Shown piece by piece: positions 1 through 12,206 of a stretch of 64,000 nucleotides of DNA. The stretch spans positions 1 to 64,000 of the forward strand of contig ADNK01001145.1 of NCBI GenBank assembly GCA_000320545.1, read 5' to 3'. The DNA is from Bigelowiella natans CCMP2755 (lineage: Eukaryota; Protista; Cercozoa). Under the pieces are notes generated by a model that worked only from the letters and a program-made list of their open reading frames with translations, was not told where the DNA came from and ran no database searches. A program made the position numbers and the translations under genes. Numbering within the stretch: position 1 is the stretch's first letter; every line of letters starts with the position of its first letter.

Positions 1-239
1 CCCCCGGGAACCCCCTCCCTGGTACCCCCCTTCCCCCCTTTGAAGCTTGTCTTTCCCCTTCTGGGCCCAATTTTAACCCTACCCGCAATTATCGGTTTTC
101 CCCTCGTATCTTTTTCTTTCGCTTTGCCCCCTTTGCGACTCCGCTTTCCAGGTTGATGGTGCACGTGAAACTTTTTTTTTTCCCCCCCCCCCCCCCCCCC
201 CCCGAAAAGTCATTGAAACCAATCCCCGTCGCGGCGATC

Positions 240-504
240 GGTTCATGCTTTTTGGCGTTTATGTCACTGTTGTACTCATCGTTTTTCTGTGCATGTATCC
301 GTGTCAGCGATGCACTCATTGATGTGACCGTTTCTGGCACGACAGCAAGCTTCACTGAGGGCTGGAAGGGCGATCGATTTTGGGGTAAGTCTTTCAGTAC
401 TCTCAGCACAAAATGAGCACAAGGAATGCCCGCAGTTCCGTTGCCGACCGCTATCACATCGATTTTTAACGCGATTATCACCTGTATTATAATTCATTCA
501 AATA

Positions 505-541
<37 letters not shown>

Positions 542-646
542 TGCTGTAGCTAATTTCGATGAATACTTAAAATGATATATGCTGCAACCAGCGGGTGTAA
601 GCTATCTTCGTGTCACGGAGAACTCGACGACGGAGGAAGGAATGCC

Positions 647-692
<46 letters not shown>

Positions 693-712
693 CTTCCTGT
701 CTCTCTCTCTCC

Positions 713-765
<53 letters not shown>

Positions 766-774
766 TGTCTGTGT

Positions 775-822
<48 letters not shown>

Positions 823-3146
823 AAGTTATGTAGAGGTAGATCTCTCTTTGTCATCATCGTTGTCAATCACCAGTATTATTTCGAACGTTGCACAACAGCT
901 CTGAAACTACTCCCTCATCATCACATTGACACATCATCATCCTCATCAGCATCGTCATCAACAGCGTCACCACCGTCATCAATGCCTTGTAGGCTGCGGT
1001 GTTCTTTATATCGTCCCTTCCGATATCCCTTGGGATGTAGAAGAGTCTCGCCAGCCCCCCCCCCTTCTGCCCTCCTCCAAACCCATCTCCGTGGCTCCCC
1101 GCCCCCCTCATCAACAGCAGCCTTCCACGGGCATCGACGGCAGCCATCTTACACCCCGACCGATAACCAGGATCTACCCCCAGAACCCGATTGCCTCGAA
1201 GGGGGCGAGCAAGAAACACCGACTTCAAATTCGCCCTGAATACGTCTAAGGCCCTCTCCCGCGAGCGCATCAGCACATCCTTCCACACCTCAGAGCGTAT
1301 CGCGGCGGCAGCAGGGCCTTCCTCGATAGACCGCTTTACTGCGTCCGAGCACGCCTTTCGGATAACATTCTCACGGAAAGCATCTTCCACAACAACGGCT
1401 GCTGCAGCATGGTTTCCATGACGGTCTTGAGCACCATCGTGTTCTTTTCCTACTTCCGCGCCTCCTATATGCCCACCATCGCTGCCCGCGCCATCAGATT
1501 CCAACAGCGATGCAACCGCCATCACTTTTGTTTTCTCGTATGCAGCTTCAGAAGCTTGCTCAGTCTTGAGCGATACGACATTCATACCCAGCAGCTCCTC
1601 GTTGCTGTCCTTTTCTTCCTTGCCACCAGTGGTGCCGCAGCTGCGGCTCGCACCGGTTCGGTGGGAAAAGCGAAGGCCAAGCTTTAGCCTGATCTCACCT
1701 ATAGGTTACAAGGGCTCAGCCATGCCATGGTCATTTGTCATCATCATCGTTACTATTACTAGCAGTAGGAGTAAAAGTAGTAATTAGTATTGGCGTTGCA
1801 CCAGAATCACAGTGTTCTCCAATGGGGAACTGCGGGCCTCACGACATGCTCCTCCCCAGTTTGTGTGACTGCATGCAGATGCATTTAACGCTTACTACCT
1901 TTCTGCTCCGCACGGTGCAGCATTAGCACATCTTGCGGGCTGACACGAAGAACCTCCATACACCCTCTTCGAACCCATCGTCTCCATCTCCTATTCTCTG
2001 AGGATGCCTGGCTATGTCTTCCACTTTTGCTTCTACTTCTGTCACGATCATGAGAGCGCGGAGCAGAGACTGATGGAGCAACGACAGTCACTGTTGTGTA
2101 CGGCTTGATGAGCGACTTGACGATGTTCCTTATAACCTGCCGATTCGTCAAGTAGCGTGCTAGGTGGGGCCGCACCGTGGTGAGGAATTTCAGGGCGGAG
2201 GAGGGAAGGGGCGGAGGTTGAGGGGGGGGGGAGTGGGATTCTCTTTGCTGGTTGAGAAGTGGGCTTGGCAACGGCGGCGAGATCTGATAAATGCCTTTTT
2301 AGCAGCGCGATAAGTTTTGAGCGTCTCGAGAGGATCTCTCCACACACGGAGTTTAAACACGCCTGATATCGAGATGCGAAGGTGGGCGCTCCGTTCTTGC
2401 TCTTAATAGAAGGAGAAAAGTGTTCCTCGATAGCTTCGAGGGCAGGCAGTGTTTGCGCCTCTTCGATTGCGAGGATGGCATTTGGGGAAGCGGCTCCTGC
2501 GCGTATTCGTGTCAAAGCAGGACCAGCCAACTCTATCACTACCACAACTACTACTACTACTACTACTACTACTACCACACCGACGAAAGGCATGAACATA
2601 CGCATATCATAATGATAGTCGTTTTATAGTAATACTGCAATCAAAGGAAAAATATCTAGTCCTGATGACGCAAAGTCCTTACTCCTCGAAGAGCCTGTTT
2701 CTACCTTGCTGTTTCAGTCGCTCTACAATCTGCTCACGCTCCTTCTGTAGAGCCTGGTGCGACTCGAATCGGTTGCGTATCGATCGTAATACCACTTCAT
2801 CGAGACCTCCCGTCTCATCCCTAGAAATAAGAGCATCCACTCAGCACTCGTTGTAAAACGCTCGCTTTCATTTGCAAACAACCCGCGATAGCGCGTGACG
2901 TATGCCAAGGTGTGGGCGTCCAACAGCCGAAGAGAGTTTCGAACCTTAATTCAGGTAACATCTTATTGAATTTACTCAGTTACAAATGCTAGGATATACC
3001 TGGAATGTCTTGAGGCTTAGCTCGTCCGCACACGGCCGCCACGAAGGCTTCCGAAGCCGGCCCCATTCGACATTCACTGAGCTATATGCTTGGAGAAATA
3101 ATATTATGCGTCACCGTTTTGAACACTTTTTACTGCAAAACTGCAT
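240..3146 (-). CDS. Tex/SRBD1-like protein (YqgF/RNase H-like domain), multi-exon, 3' part runs off the window
   Basis: Spliced pieces read ADELSLKTFQ|VRNSLRLLDAHTLAYVTRYR, VIRKACSDAVKR...ALDVFRANLKSVFLARPLRGNRVLGVDPGYRSGCKMAAVD and IDVIAVGNGTA, matching Tex-family motifs. The start codon is approximate. Confidence 0.85.
651..819. repeat. Compound intronic microsatellite (TA)n-(CT)n-(GT)n-(AG)n, representative of dozens in the window
   Basis: Directly visible dinucleotide runs. Similar runs occur in many introns and generate most of the low-complexity ORFs in the track. Confidence 0.95.
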
Positions 3147-3514
3147 GCGTTTGCATAATAGGTCATTTTCAACAAATTTGGATGTCGTAGAAATAAATCG
3201 TTAGGGTTTTGAAGGAACCCGTTGCTCGTGTTGGGAGTAAGAGTCTGTGGCCGTTTTTTAAAAAAATAGCCAATGTTACCTTGTATTTAGATACTACGTC
3301 ACGGCTAAAATAATGTCGCGAGAATAATTCGACTCAAAGTCGTTCGTTTCCTGAAATTTCTTTCCCTGCTAACGAGCAAAAGCAAACCAGGTCCCGCCCG
3401 GCTCCGCTCCCCCCCTGCTGATCGAACGCCTCAACCACGCTAGAAACCGCGGTGAAAGGGCTGATAGTTTAACCAGAACATCTTGACTTCTGCTTGGACC
3501 AGAATCCAGCTCCG

Positions 3515-4400
3515 ATGAACGTTCAGACGCATTCCAACCTCCTCTCCGTCTTTGAGGGTGCTACTTTCTACTGGGGAGATAACGGGGAGCGGGTTGTGAG
3601 GGCCGATTGGATTTTTGTGACATTTGTGCTTAATGTATTGCAGCCCAAGCCTATGCGAAAATGATCGGTCCGTTTTCCGTCGAGGATGTTGGAAGCAAAT
3701 CATGGATGAGGTGAGAAAGATGAGTGTGTGTTAGTGACGGATGCGTGCATGCGGTTTCTTTCCCTCCACTATTTCCAAATATTTCCAACCGTCATCTATC
3801 CCCATCAGGCAGCACAACTTGGTGGAACAGCTGAATATCCAAGCTCATACCAACGCCCTCACAAAGCACGACGAGTTTGTCGTAGAAGCTATAATCGAAT
3901 GCGAGAAGATGCCGGTGCTGATTCACCACCTCCTGGTCTGTACCCCCTCCCCCCCCTCCCTTCTCCTTACCCTAGGACACTGTTGCCACCACCTTCGTTC
4001 CCTTCCATATTTGTCGCATGCCCGTTTGTATTCTTACAAAGGCTATAGAAGCTTGGAGGGAAAAGGTCTTTCCGTCCCTCTACAAGGAGGTCAAATCATC
4101 GGTATTATGATCATTCTCTCCTGCTTTTGCTTGCCTATTCAGCAGCATTGAAGAAGATTCTCTGACTTCCTTTTCTCTCTCTCCTGCTCCGACTCGTATT
4201 CTGATAATACATTCCAGGCTTCTGTTAAAGTATACGTGGCTCTTTACCACGAGGCCACTGTGTGCAATTTACTTGAGGTCTGAATCCCCCAACCCTAGAT
4301 GACACACAAACGAAAAGAGAGGAATGTGAATGTCGGGGCTAGGGTGGGGGGAGGGGGGGAATAGTGGCATCTTCTCGAAGCTAGACTAATGTTTTAGAGC

Positions 4401-4436
<36 letters not shown>

Positions 4437-4461
4437 ATATATATTAACTTGTGTGTATGTC

Positions 4462-4506
<45 letters not shown>

Positions 4507-4642
4507 GTGTGTTTCCATTTGTGCGTATCGTTAAAGGTCCTAATGTACCACGAGAACTCCTGTGAAAGCGGTGGAGATGCAATGTGCGAACTGGCAGATT
4601 ACTGCTACAGGTAAGTAGAGAGGAGGCAGAAGAGAAGAGAGG

Positions 4643-4676
<34 letters not shown>

Positions 4677-4763
4677 AAATGAGTTAACACTAGGAAGTGA
4701 GCGGCGGTAAGGACGTCATTGTGCTCCTTCCTCCCTCACTTTGATCAAATCGTAGCAGCACAC

Positions 4764-4794
<31 letters not shown>

Positions 4795-5022
4795 AAGAAA
4801 ATACTAAATAATAGAACTTACATCACAAGTTTACTTTGATATTGAATAGAAAATTGTTGATGCTCTCCACGAAGAGAATCGAGCCACCAGAGCCAAAGGT
4901 GGTGCAGAAACGAATAGCGGGATTAAGAACGTGCTGACACATCAATAACGTTATAATATAAAGCCGCATTGTCTAAAACGCCTCCACTTCCCTCCTACCC
5001 TCCCCACCCTCCCCCTCACCCT

Positions 5023-5064
<42 letters not shown>

Positions 5065-5467
5065 CTCATATTCGCCCTCCCACGCAGCCAAAGAAGCTCG
5101 AGCTGAAGGAGATAGAGAACGAAAACCAAGCGGAGAGAATACTCAAGCAGGCGAAACAGATAGAATACACAACAGCCATGAGCTGCATCACGCTCATGCG
5201 CTTTCTCACGGAGCACATCACCGCCCTCCCAGTGTCGGTTCCCAGACAGCTTCTGGACAACCTTGACGTCCTAATGGTCATGGTACCGCTCATGGAGGCA
5301 GCGCCATGGCAAAGAAGGTTTTTTGTCTCTCTCTCTCTCTCTCTCTCCTCGCTCTGTCGTGCTTGCTATTGGATTTCGGTGGTAATATGTTTGGGCATTA
5401 GATCGCGCCAAGGGCTGGAGAAGTACGTGGAGAATAAATGGTCAGTCGCAAGCAAAGACAACAAGAA

Positions 5468-5506
<39 letters not shown>

Positions 5507-7567
5507 TATCTGCATGAAAATGATATTCTGCGAAGAATGTCTCGAAGTCCTTGTTGAACTCGAAGAAAGTGTGATGAGTTTCGCCTTTGAAATTCCTCGT
5601 CGTTTTTTCTCGCCATTCTCAGGATGAAAATAGAGCGGAAAGACAGGTTTCGGTTGAGTAAGCTGGAGGCTCAGGTAACAGCGCATCATCATCGTTACTA
5701 TTTCACGTCGTGGTTATGCACACAAATTAAATCTTCACCTCTCTCTACTATGCATTCATCCATTCATCCTAACGCGCGCGCTGTGGGCTATTCAACGACG
5801 ATGAGCAGGTGTGGCTCTCGATCTACAACCTGCTCATGGACAAAGGCTGCCGGGCGCTGTATGACTTCACAAACTACCGAAAAGACGTTCTGATGCGCCT
5901 CAAGCGCTACATCAACGACCTCCTCAAGGACCAGCTTCCTATCTTGAAAGACCTCCAGGTGTGTGTCTGTGAGATCGATCATCATTCGCAACGTATGAGT
6001 AGCAAAGGGAACGTGATTTAAGAGGAAAGTGCACTGTTGATGATGAGTTTCTGCTATTCGATTGCACGGCCATCTGCATGCATAGTAATGTGCGGCGGAA
6101 AAAGATGGCTGCTGCAGATGCGATTCTTACCTTGCGGGCCATCCTGGTTAGTATTTATCATTATTGCCATTATTCTGATATTCCCTTGCCAACCAAACCT
6201 GCCCCCCCCCGCAGCGATTGCTGGAGGAGCTGTCGTTAATGAAAATGCCAGCTGCGGCCAAGGTGTTTGTTTGGAGTGAGAAGAATTCGTTTGGGGTGCT
6301 TGTAGTAGGGGGGGGGTTGGACGACTAACGCCATTTGGGATATTGTCACGTTGTCACCATCCATTAGCTGCTTTTCTCAAGCTGCCTCCCTTGTTTACTC
6401 TCTCGTGCTCTTTCTCCTCTCTCACTCCCCAACCCCCCCACCTTTTTTTCCTTGTTCTCTTTCCTTTCATCGACTTGCCCGCTGTCTTTCGGTCTCTCTC
6501 TCTCTCACTCTCCGCAGCCTCTGCATTTGGTAGTCCCTGTGGATCTCATTCGTGAAGCGGTCTACAACTCGCGGCAAACCAACAAACCGCGCACGGAGGA
6601 AGAGTGGAAAGACATCGCCAAGATGCAGCTCAAAGGAGCCTTCGCCGCGGTGCGTCCAACGGGAGCGTTGAACGATTTGCCCTCACAGTTTTCTGACACC
6701 ACGACAAACGATTTTCGAAAGCGTTGTAGCCTGACGGTGCATGAGGGAAGGAGAGAAAAAAAAGAATGATATTCTTCACATCTGTTCTTAACTAAGTTGC
6801 AAACCCTTTCGCACCGTATGATGATATACGACAGGATTCTAAAGACAGGGCAGAGGAAATGAGAGCTTTGGCGGTAGCGAACCTCCCCAACCCCCCCCTA
6901 AAGCCTTACCCGTGGTTCCCATTTTTCGCAAATGCAATTATACTCGAGATCATTTAGCATCGACAAAATCATTCCTTCCCCCCCCTTCTCTCTCTCCCCC
7001 CCCCCCCCCTTCTCCCTTTCTTCATATTTCTTACTCGTTCTCATCGCACGGTGTGTTTATACTACCACAGGAGACGTACGGGGGTGGCGCTATGGAGTCG
7101 CTAATAGAGGAACCTAAGTGTGCACGGTGTGGAAAACCAGCAACTAATAGATGCTCGGGCTGCCAGCAGGAATGGTGAGTGTTTTCCGGCATTTTTTTTT
7201 AAATATTTTCTTTAACACGTGCTAGAGGGGGGCGCACTTCTCGCGAAACGTCGAGAAGAAAGTAAGATCGAGCAGGGTTTCATAAGCTAAATAGCGAGGC
7301 GCGAGAAAAGGATCAGCGCTGTCGCGGAGGGAATGAAGCCGCTCTTCGTTTCGCCACTCAAATTGGAACGTGTGTCTCCCACGTAGGTACTGCGGGCGAA
7401 AATGTCAAGTGAAGTCGTGGAAGAAGCACAAGAGCATTTGCAAGCTGCTCTCAGATGCGCTCCGAAGCAAAACGAAGAATAGCAACCAGCCCGACAAAGA
7501 GAACGTATCTGCCCGTCCGGAGGAGAAGCAGAAAAAGTCGGATGGGCTGATTGAGATTATAAGCTGA
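3515..7567 (+). CDS. ZMYND10: ZMYND10 (BLU), MYND zinc-finger dynein-arm assembly factor, multi-exon
   Basis: Exons join as MNVQTHSNLLSVFEAQAYAKMIGPFSVEDVGSKSWMRQHNLVEQLNIQAH, YVALYHEATVCNLLE, LSKLEAQ|VWLSIYNLL, DQLPILKDLQ, and a C-terminal MYND finger CARCGKPATNRCSGCQQEW|YCGRKCQVKSWKKHKSIC. Confidence 0.92.
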
Positions 7568-8295
7568 TAGGTCAGCGAGTAAATCGAAGAGCGCAGTTTG
7601 GAACCATCCTTATCGTTATAATATTAGCGTGTGCTGAACAGTAGAGTCCGAGCAGTGTGGAATGTGTACTAAATGTTGTCTATTGGTAGAAAAAAAGACA
7701 TCAAATGGAGTTTTTTAATGATGTTCATCACTAGATTAGTCCTTAACATGTCAATGAAACACAGTAAGTGCCATGCATAAAAGAGATGTGTTGTGTGACC
7801 ATGGCACGCGATTGTAATGCTCTGCATATACCACGCACCCAGTCGGGCGCGCAGGCGCAAATTATTGTCAGAGATACATTTGCCAAGCGAAGGTGATGTT
7901 GCTGTGCCGCCTACGTACAATGTAGGCATGCGCGTGTGTGTAGCTACATGGGGCTCTGGTGGTGCGCTTGTGCGTGCTCCATTATTGCTAGATTGCATCC
8001 CGATATGCTGTCTAATTGCTGTGCAAATGCATCATCATCGCAAATGCGCGCGCACTTGCAGCTAGCACTAGAATGAGAGCAGCATCACCATATTTTGAAT
8101 ATTACAGCGGCCGCACATTTGCAATGTTTCCATGTGAGTGTTTCGGTGTGCGATGAAATGCGTGTTTCTAGATTTTTGTCGCACCAATAAGTGCTAGCAA
8201 GCTCCATCACGAAGCCATTTTTCAAGAACAAATAACATACATGATTTGTTTTCACTCGCTACAATGATTACTTCAATTTCTCTCCAGTCGTCGCG

Positions 8296-9633
8296 TTATG
8301 AACCTTTCAGCAAAGGCGAGCAGCACTTCGCGTAGGTACACCCGTGCTGCAAGGCCCACATGCACGTATCTGCCTGATACACGAGATGAATCGGTATTCC
8401 ACCCTCGAAGAGACTCCAATATAGAGCAGCAGGCCATTTATCGCCATTGTAGCCATCGCCAGGATATCGGCGAACGGTCCGATGATCCCCAAAGAACTGG
8501 TAGGCCGACGACTTCGACAACTTCGGTGAGTATCTGGCAATAAAAAAGAGATCCTGAGCCTCGCACCTGACAGGCCTATACCAGACCTTATCAGGGCTTA
8601 GATGAGCGTTGAGACGGGGATGATCCTCTCTGTACTCGGTAAACGCTAGGACGGGGCCAACGGACGTCTGCTCCCATATTGGCCAATACCTTAAATTCTG
8701 ATTTCCCATATCATAGATGAGGTCGTAACGCATTCGGACAGCGTAGCGGAAAGGAAAGCCCCTGGATTTCTCCATCTCGACGATCTTGTGTCCACAGTTT
8801 TGGATCCCGCTGAATTCAGGGTGTAGCAGACCGCCAATGTCCTTTTTCTTGAACTCGACGACGTTCGCCGAGACGTTCTGGAACGCCGCCCTCCACCAGC
8901 CCTCTATCGGCCCCTGGGCATTGTGCTGCTGAAGCAAAATTGTGATACCCTCCCGGCCAAACATCTTGCGGAGAGGGATGAGAAGGTTTCTGATTTGAGT
9001 CCGAGCCCACGGCAGGCGCGCCGTGTTCTCCTTTCTCATTCCAGAGTAGCACAACACAATGCCTTGCGATTTTTTAAACGGCAGAGCCCCTTCTTGGTCT
9101 TTACCCCTCTGCCAATGAGCTGGGTCAAACGTGTCTTTATTCTGGCGAAATGCTATTGCGACTGTGTCATAGGTTACAAGCGGCCGTGCTTGCAGTGTGC
9201 TGTTGAGGCCGTAGTTTCGAACGTATGCGGTCGCGTGGCAATAGTTCAGAATTCCCATCTGATCCGTTGGAGGTTTCAACGTGGAGTTGGATATGAAGAT
9301 CTTGTCTTTCTCCTTCAAAACCCCCTCTGTTGATGGAGTGTGGTGCGGCCGCTCTTCTGCTGCGCCGTGCCCTCCTCTCTTGCCGTTTCCCTGATTCCCT
9401 GGCGTGGACTGCGACGAATTAGAAGTTGAACTGTGGGAGGAATCTCTGTTCCAATTGCCATGTTTCTTATTTGATCCCTCGAAGCCGCGCTTAGTATTGT
9501 GATGTTGCTCTTCATGGGAAACAACCTCGAGAGCATGTTCTTCGGGGGTCGAAACGAAGTCCAGTGAGAAAAGACACGCGGCTACCAGTAATATAACCCC
9601 ATACTCACGTATGACTCGCCACATTTCTACCAT
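8296..9633 (-). CDS. Intronless 445-aa putative type II membrane protein, possibly glycosyltransferase-like
   Basis: Long clean ORF with an N-terminal hydrophobic anchor (VILLVAACLFSL), a low-complexity stem and a globular domain containing YAVRMRYDLIY. The function is a guess. Confidence 0.7.
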   Translation of the reverse strand: MVEMWRVIREYGVILLVAACLFSLDFVSTPEEHALEVVSHEEQHHNTKRGFEGSNKKHGNWNRDSSHSSTSNSSQSTPGNQGNGKRGGHGAAEERPHHTPSTEGVLKEKDKIFISNSTLKPPTDQMGILNYCHATAYVRNYGLNSTLQARPLVTYDTVAIAFRQNKDTFDPAHWQRGKDQEGALPFKKSQGIVLCYSGMRKENTARLPWARTQIRNLLIPLRKMFGREGITILLQQHNAQGPIEGWWRAAFQNVSANVVEFKKKDIGGLLHPEFSGIQNCGHKIVEMEKSRGFPFRYAVRMRYDLIYDMGNQNLRYWPIWEQTSVGPVLAFTEYREDHPRLNAHLSPDKVWYRPVRCEAQDLFFIARYSPKLSKSSAYQFFGDHRTVRRYPGDGYNGDKWPAALYWSLFEGGIPIHLVYQADTCMWALQHGCTYAKCCSPLLKGS

Positions 9634-10007
9634 GCTGACCAGCGCAGTTCCTTGTCCGAAATTTATTCAGTGCTACTCCATGCCTACTCCTAGCCCCACT
9701 TCACTCTGCTCTCATCTCCTCAAGGGAGGGGAGGAAAGTCGAGATCAGACTTTCCAGTTATTTTGTCGTAACCACTGTCATGAAACACAGGCAATTCATT
9801 CCAAAATTGTTACGATTAGAGCTTTTTTCCCTCTCGAATGCAGCTCGAAGAAGCGACTAAGCGACTCATCGGAACTGCGTGATGTGTCTGGATTGGGTGA
9901 GAACTAAGCACCTGCGACATCACTTGTTCCAGGTCGCATTGAGCTTGTGAAACATGCATGACAGAACTAGGGTTGCAAAGTTCGGTCAACGCTTTGCAGT
10001 CAATCAT

Positions 10008-10093
10008 CATTGTTCATTGTTCATTGTCCATTGCTTTGTCCATTGTTCATTGTTCATTGTTCATTGTTCATTGTTCATTGTTCATTGTCCATT
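10008..10093. repeat. (TTCATTG)n heptamer tandem repeat
   Basis: Roughly 11-12 imperfect copies of ttcattg are visible. It may be a mutated (TTTATTA)n tract. Confidence 0.85.
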
Positions 10094-10099
10094 CTTCAC

Positions 10100-10670
10100 C
10101 GCACTGTGGATTGCAGCCTGTCTGTCCGTGGGTTTGACACGTTGGCAAACCTGGACCAGACCTGTCCCAAGCTTGTTGATCTGGACCTCAACCGTGGAGT
10201 CAGGGCTCTGCTGTCCACCAATGGCAACTTGCGTCGCAGGTCTCTTGCCTGTCCATCAAACCTGATGCCCCCACCTCCAAATCAAGAGCTTGGGCTGAGA
10301 GCCGTGTTGGTGGGCCAGCTTCCAGACTGTTTGAACGCCATTCAGATGAGTGGCATGATTGCTCATGTGTGTTGCTGAAACTTCAGTTTCGAGCTGGGAC
10401 TCACGAAACTGAAGAACTCAGAGCTGAAATCCACAACTTGCCCCCCTCGTCCTCGACCTGCCCTCTTTTCGATGTCGGTGTTGTTCAAAGTGTTGACCAC
10501 CTCATCCATCTAGCCATCATTGTGCTCACTTGAATGCTGTGAGAATTCAATTGTTCTCCGGCATCAGAGCATCAGAGCAGCTCTCGGCCCTGCACCTCCT
10601 GTTTTGCTCTTTGTTTTTGCTGATGCTCCTGACTCTGTCAAGACCAGAGTCTTGCTCGGCACCTGTGATG
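10100..10670 (+). mobile_element. Degenerate non-LTR retrotransposon (LINE) ORF2 C-terminal fragment
   Basis: Across frameshifts it reads LLKLQFRAGTHE..LRAE...TCPLF.VGVVQSVDHLI(H)HC.HLNAVRIQLFSGIRA. This resembles the FRxGTH plus CX2CXnHX4C knuckle that follows RT in LINEs, with the second Cys lost. Confidence 0.6.
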
Positions 10671-12206
10671 TGTGCACAGCAATGCAATGTGCACGCACGA
10701 CACACACGTGCACACAGCGTGCATGTCACAATGTGTGTGCACACATCACGTGTGCAACACATTGCATGTCCATCATGCCTCCTCGGTCATGGCAGTGCCC
10801 AACATCGATCTTCGTGTGGACGTGGCTGTCGGGAAGTTGCTGCTCAGGATGGATGCTTTGCATCGTCATCGTTTGACAATGGTTTTGGCTGCCAGTTGTG
10901 ATGCATTGTGCATTCAATGTTCAGCATTCGTGCCAATTTGCACGAACCCCGCTAGTTTGCCAGTCAGTCCTCACTGAAGCCAGTTCGAGGCACTGCGTTT
11001 CGCACATTGCAAGTGTCTTGTCACGCTTTGGAAGTGCAGTCAGAGTTTTTCATCATTGTTCTCATTGTTCTCAGAACCTGTCGAGACATCGTGTGCTTGC
11101 GTGGTGCTGACATCAACGAGTCTTAGCGATGCCAGCGATGGCTCGCAATGATTTTTGTTGAGCTGCTGTGTGCACATCCTTGTTTCCCATGAGGTTCTTG
11201 CGCATGTGGTTTTGCATCAATGCTTTGTTCATTGTTCATCGACTGCTGTGCAGCTTTTGCCTCAAATTCATGCATGAGCTCCTGTCCGTAGCAGTGATAA
11301 ATGCAACATTGTGAGAAGCAGAAGGATGTACCAAGAATGCACAGGCAACATGGACACATCTAGACATGGAGGCGATGAGACTGAGAAAAAATTTGAAATC
11401 AGGCCATCATGAGTAGCTAACAGGTCTCATAGGCATGGAAGACATGTGAGATGTGTGTCATCCATCACAGAGTCGGAATTTACCACTTCAAGCAACAATC
11501 CTTTTCCAAAACTTCTTCAAGGTTCTCGCAGCAGCAGCACCTCCCTAGAATGGTCACTCATTAAAACCATGCATCGTAAATGTTGAGCAGCTCCTCTAAT
11601 GATCTACAAGTTACAACCTTGAGAGGAAGTATCTCCCCAGAAGCATCAGCAGCACAGCATGTCTTGTGATTCTGTGTTAGAGCAGGAAATGCACCGCAAC
11701 ATCATCACCCTTTGGAGTCTAATGACAAAAATAGTAAACTCATGCGGGTAAGAATGTCCAAACCCACCACGAGGAGGCTCTTGGTGCTGGCATCTTGTGG
11801 AGCGTCATTCATTGCTGCGTCCATTGTGTGTATGCGAGTATGACCGATGGTTCATCGCGGGATCAGAGATTTAGATTCAAAAACTCTTGTTCTTCCCTCG
11901 TCCAGATGCTGTTGGCATTAGGAAATGATGTGGACACTACGTGACACTGTGTGTACGTAGGATGCATGCTACGCGCAACATACTGTATCTATCATGTTTA
12001 AACGTGCATGCATGCGCGCGCCTACTAATCTTGTCGTGGTCGCGAGAGAGGTCACATCCCATGCATTGCTGAGCCACACTACCTTCTACGCACACCATGC
12101 ACTGTCACATCTGCACGTACACGCACAATTTTCGCCTGGCCTATGACTGTGAGAGGCGTGTTCATTCTACACACATTCCATACTGCTTGCATTGTAGCCG
12201 ATAAAT

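Larger units (their letters stand above)
9910..11285. other. TpA-erased island 1
   Basis: A manual scan finds only 4 TA dinucleotides in ~1375 bp (CTAG at 9967, 10510 and 10952; TTAG at 11123). TG and CA are abundant. Confidence 0.9.

Noticed and set aside
1-240. C/T-homopolymer-rich start that breaks the Tex reading frame
   Set aside because: It looks like low-quality contig-end or intronic sequence and is not evidence of pseudogenisation.
567-866. Many ORFs with YIYI, SLSL, ERER, HTHT or CVCV runs, here and throughout the window
   Set aside because: They are translations of intronic dinucleotide microsatellites.
10010-11359. Cluster of overlapping Cys/His-rich ORFs on both strands
   Set aside because: Loss of TA removes TAA/TAG stops and inflates TG/CA codons, so these ORFs are a by-product of composition.
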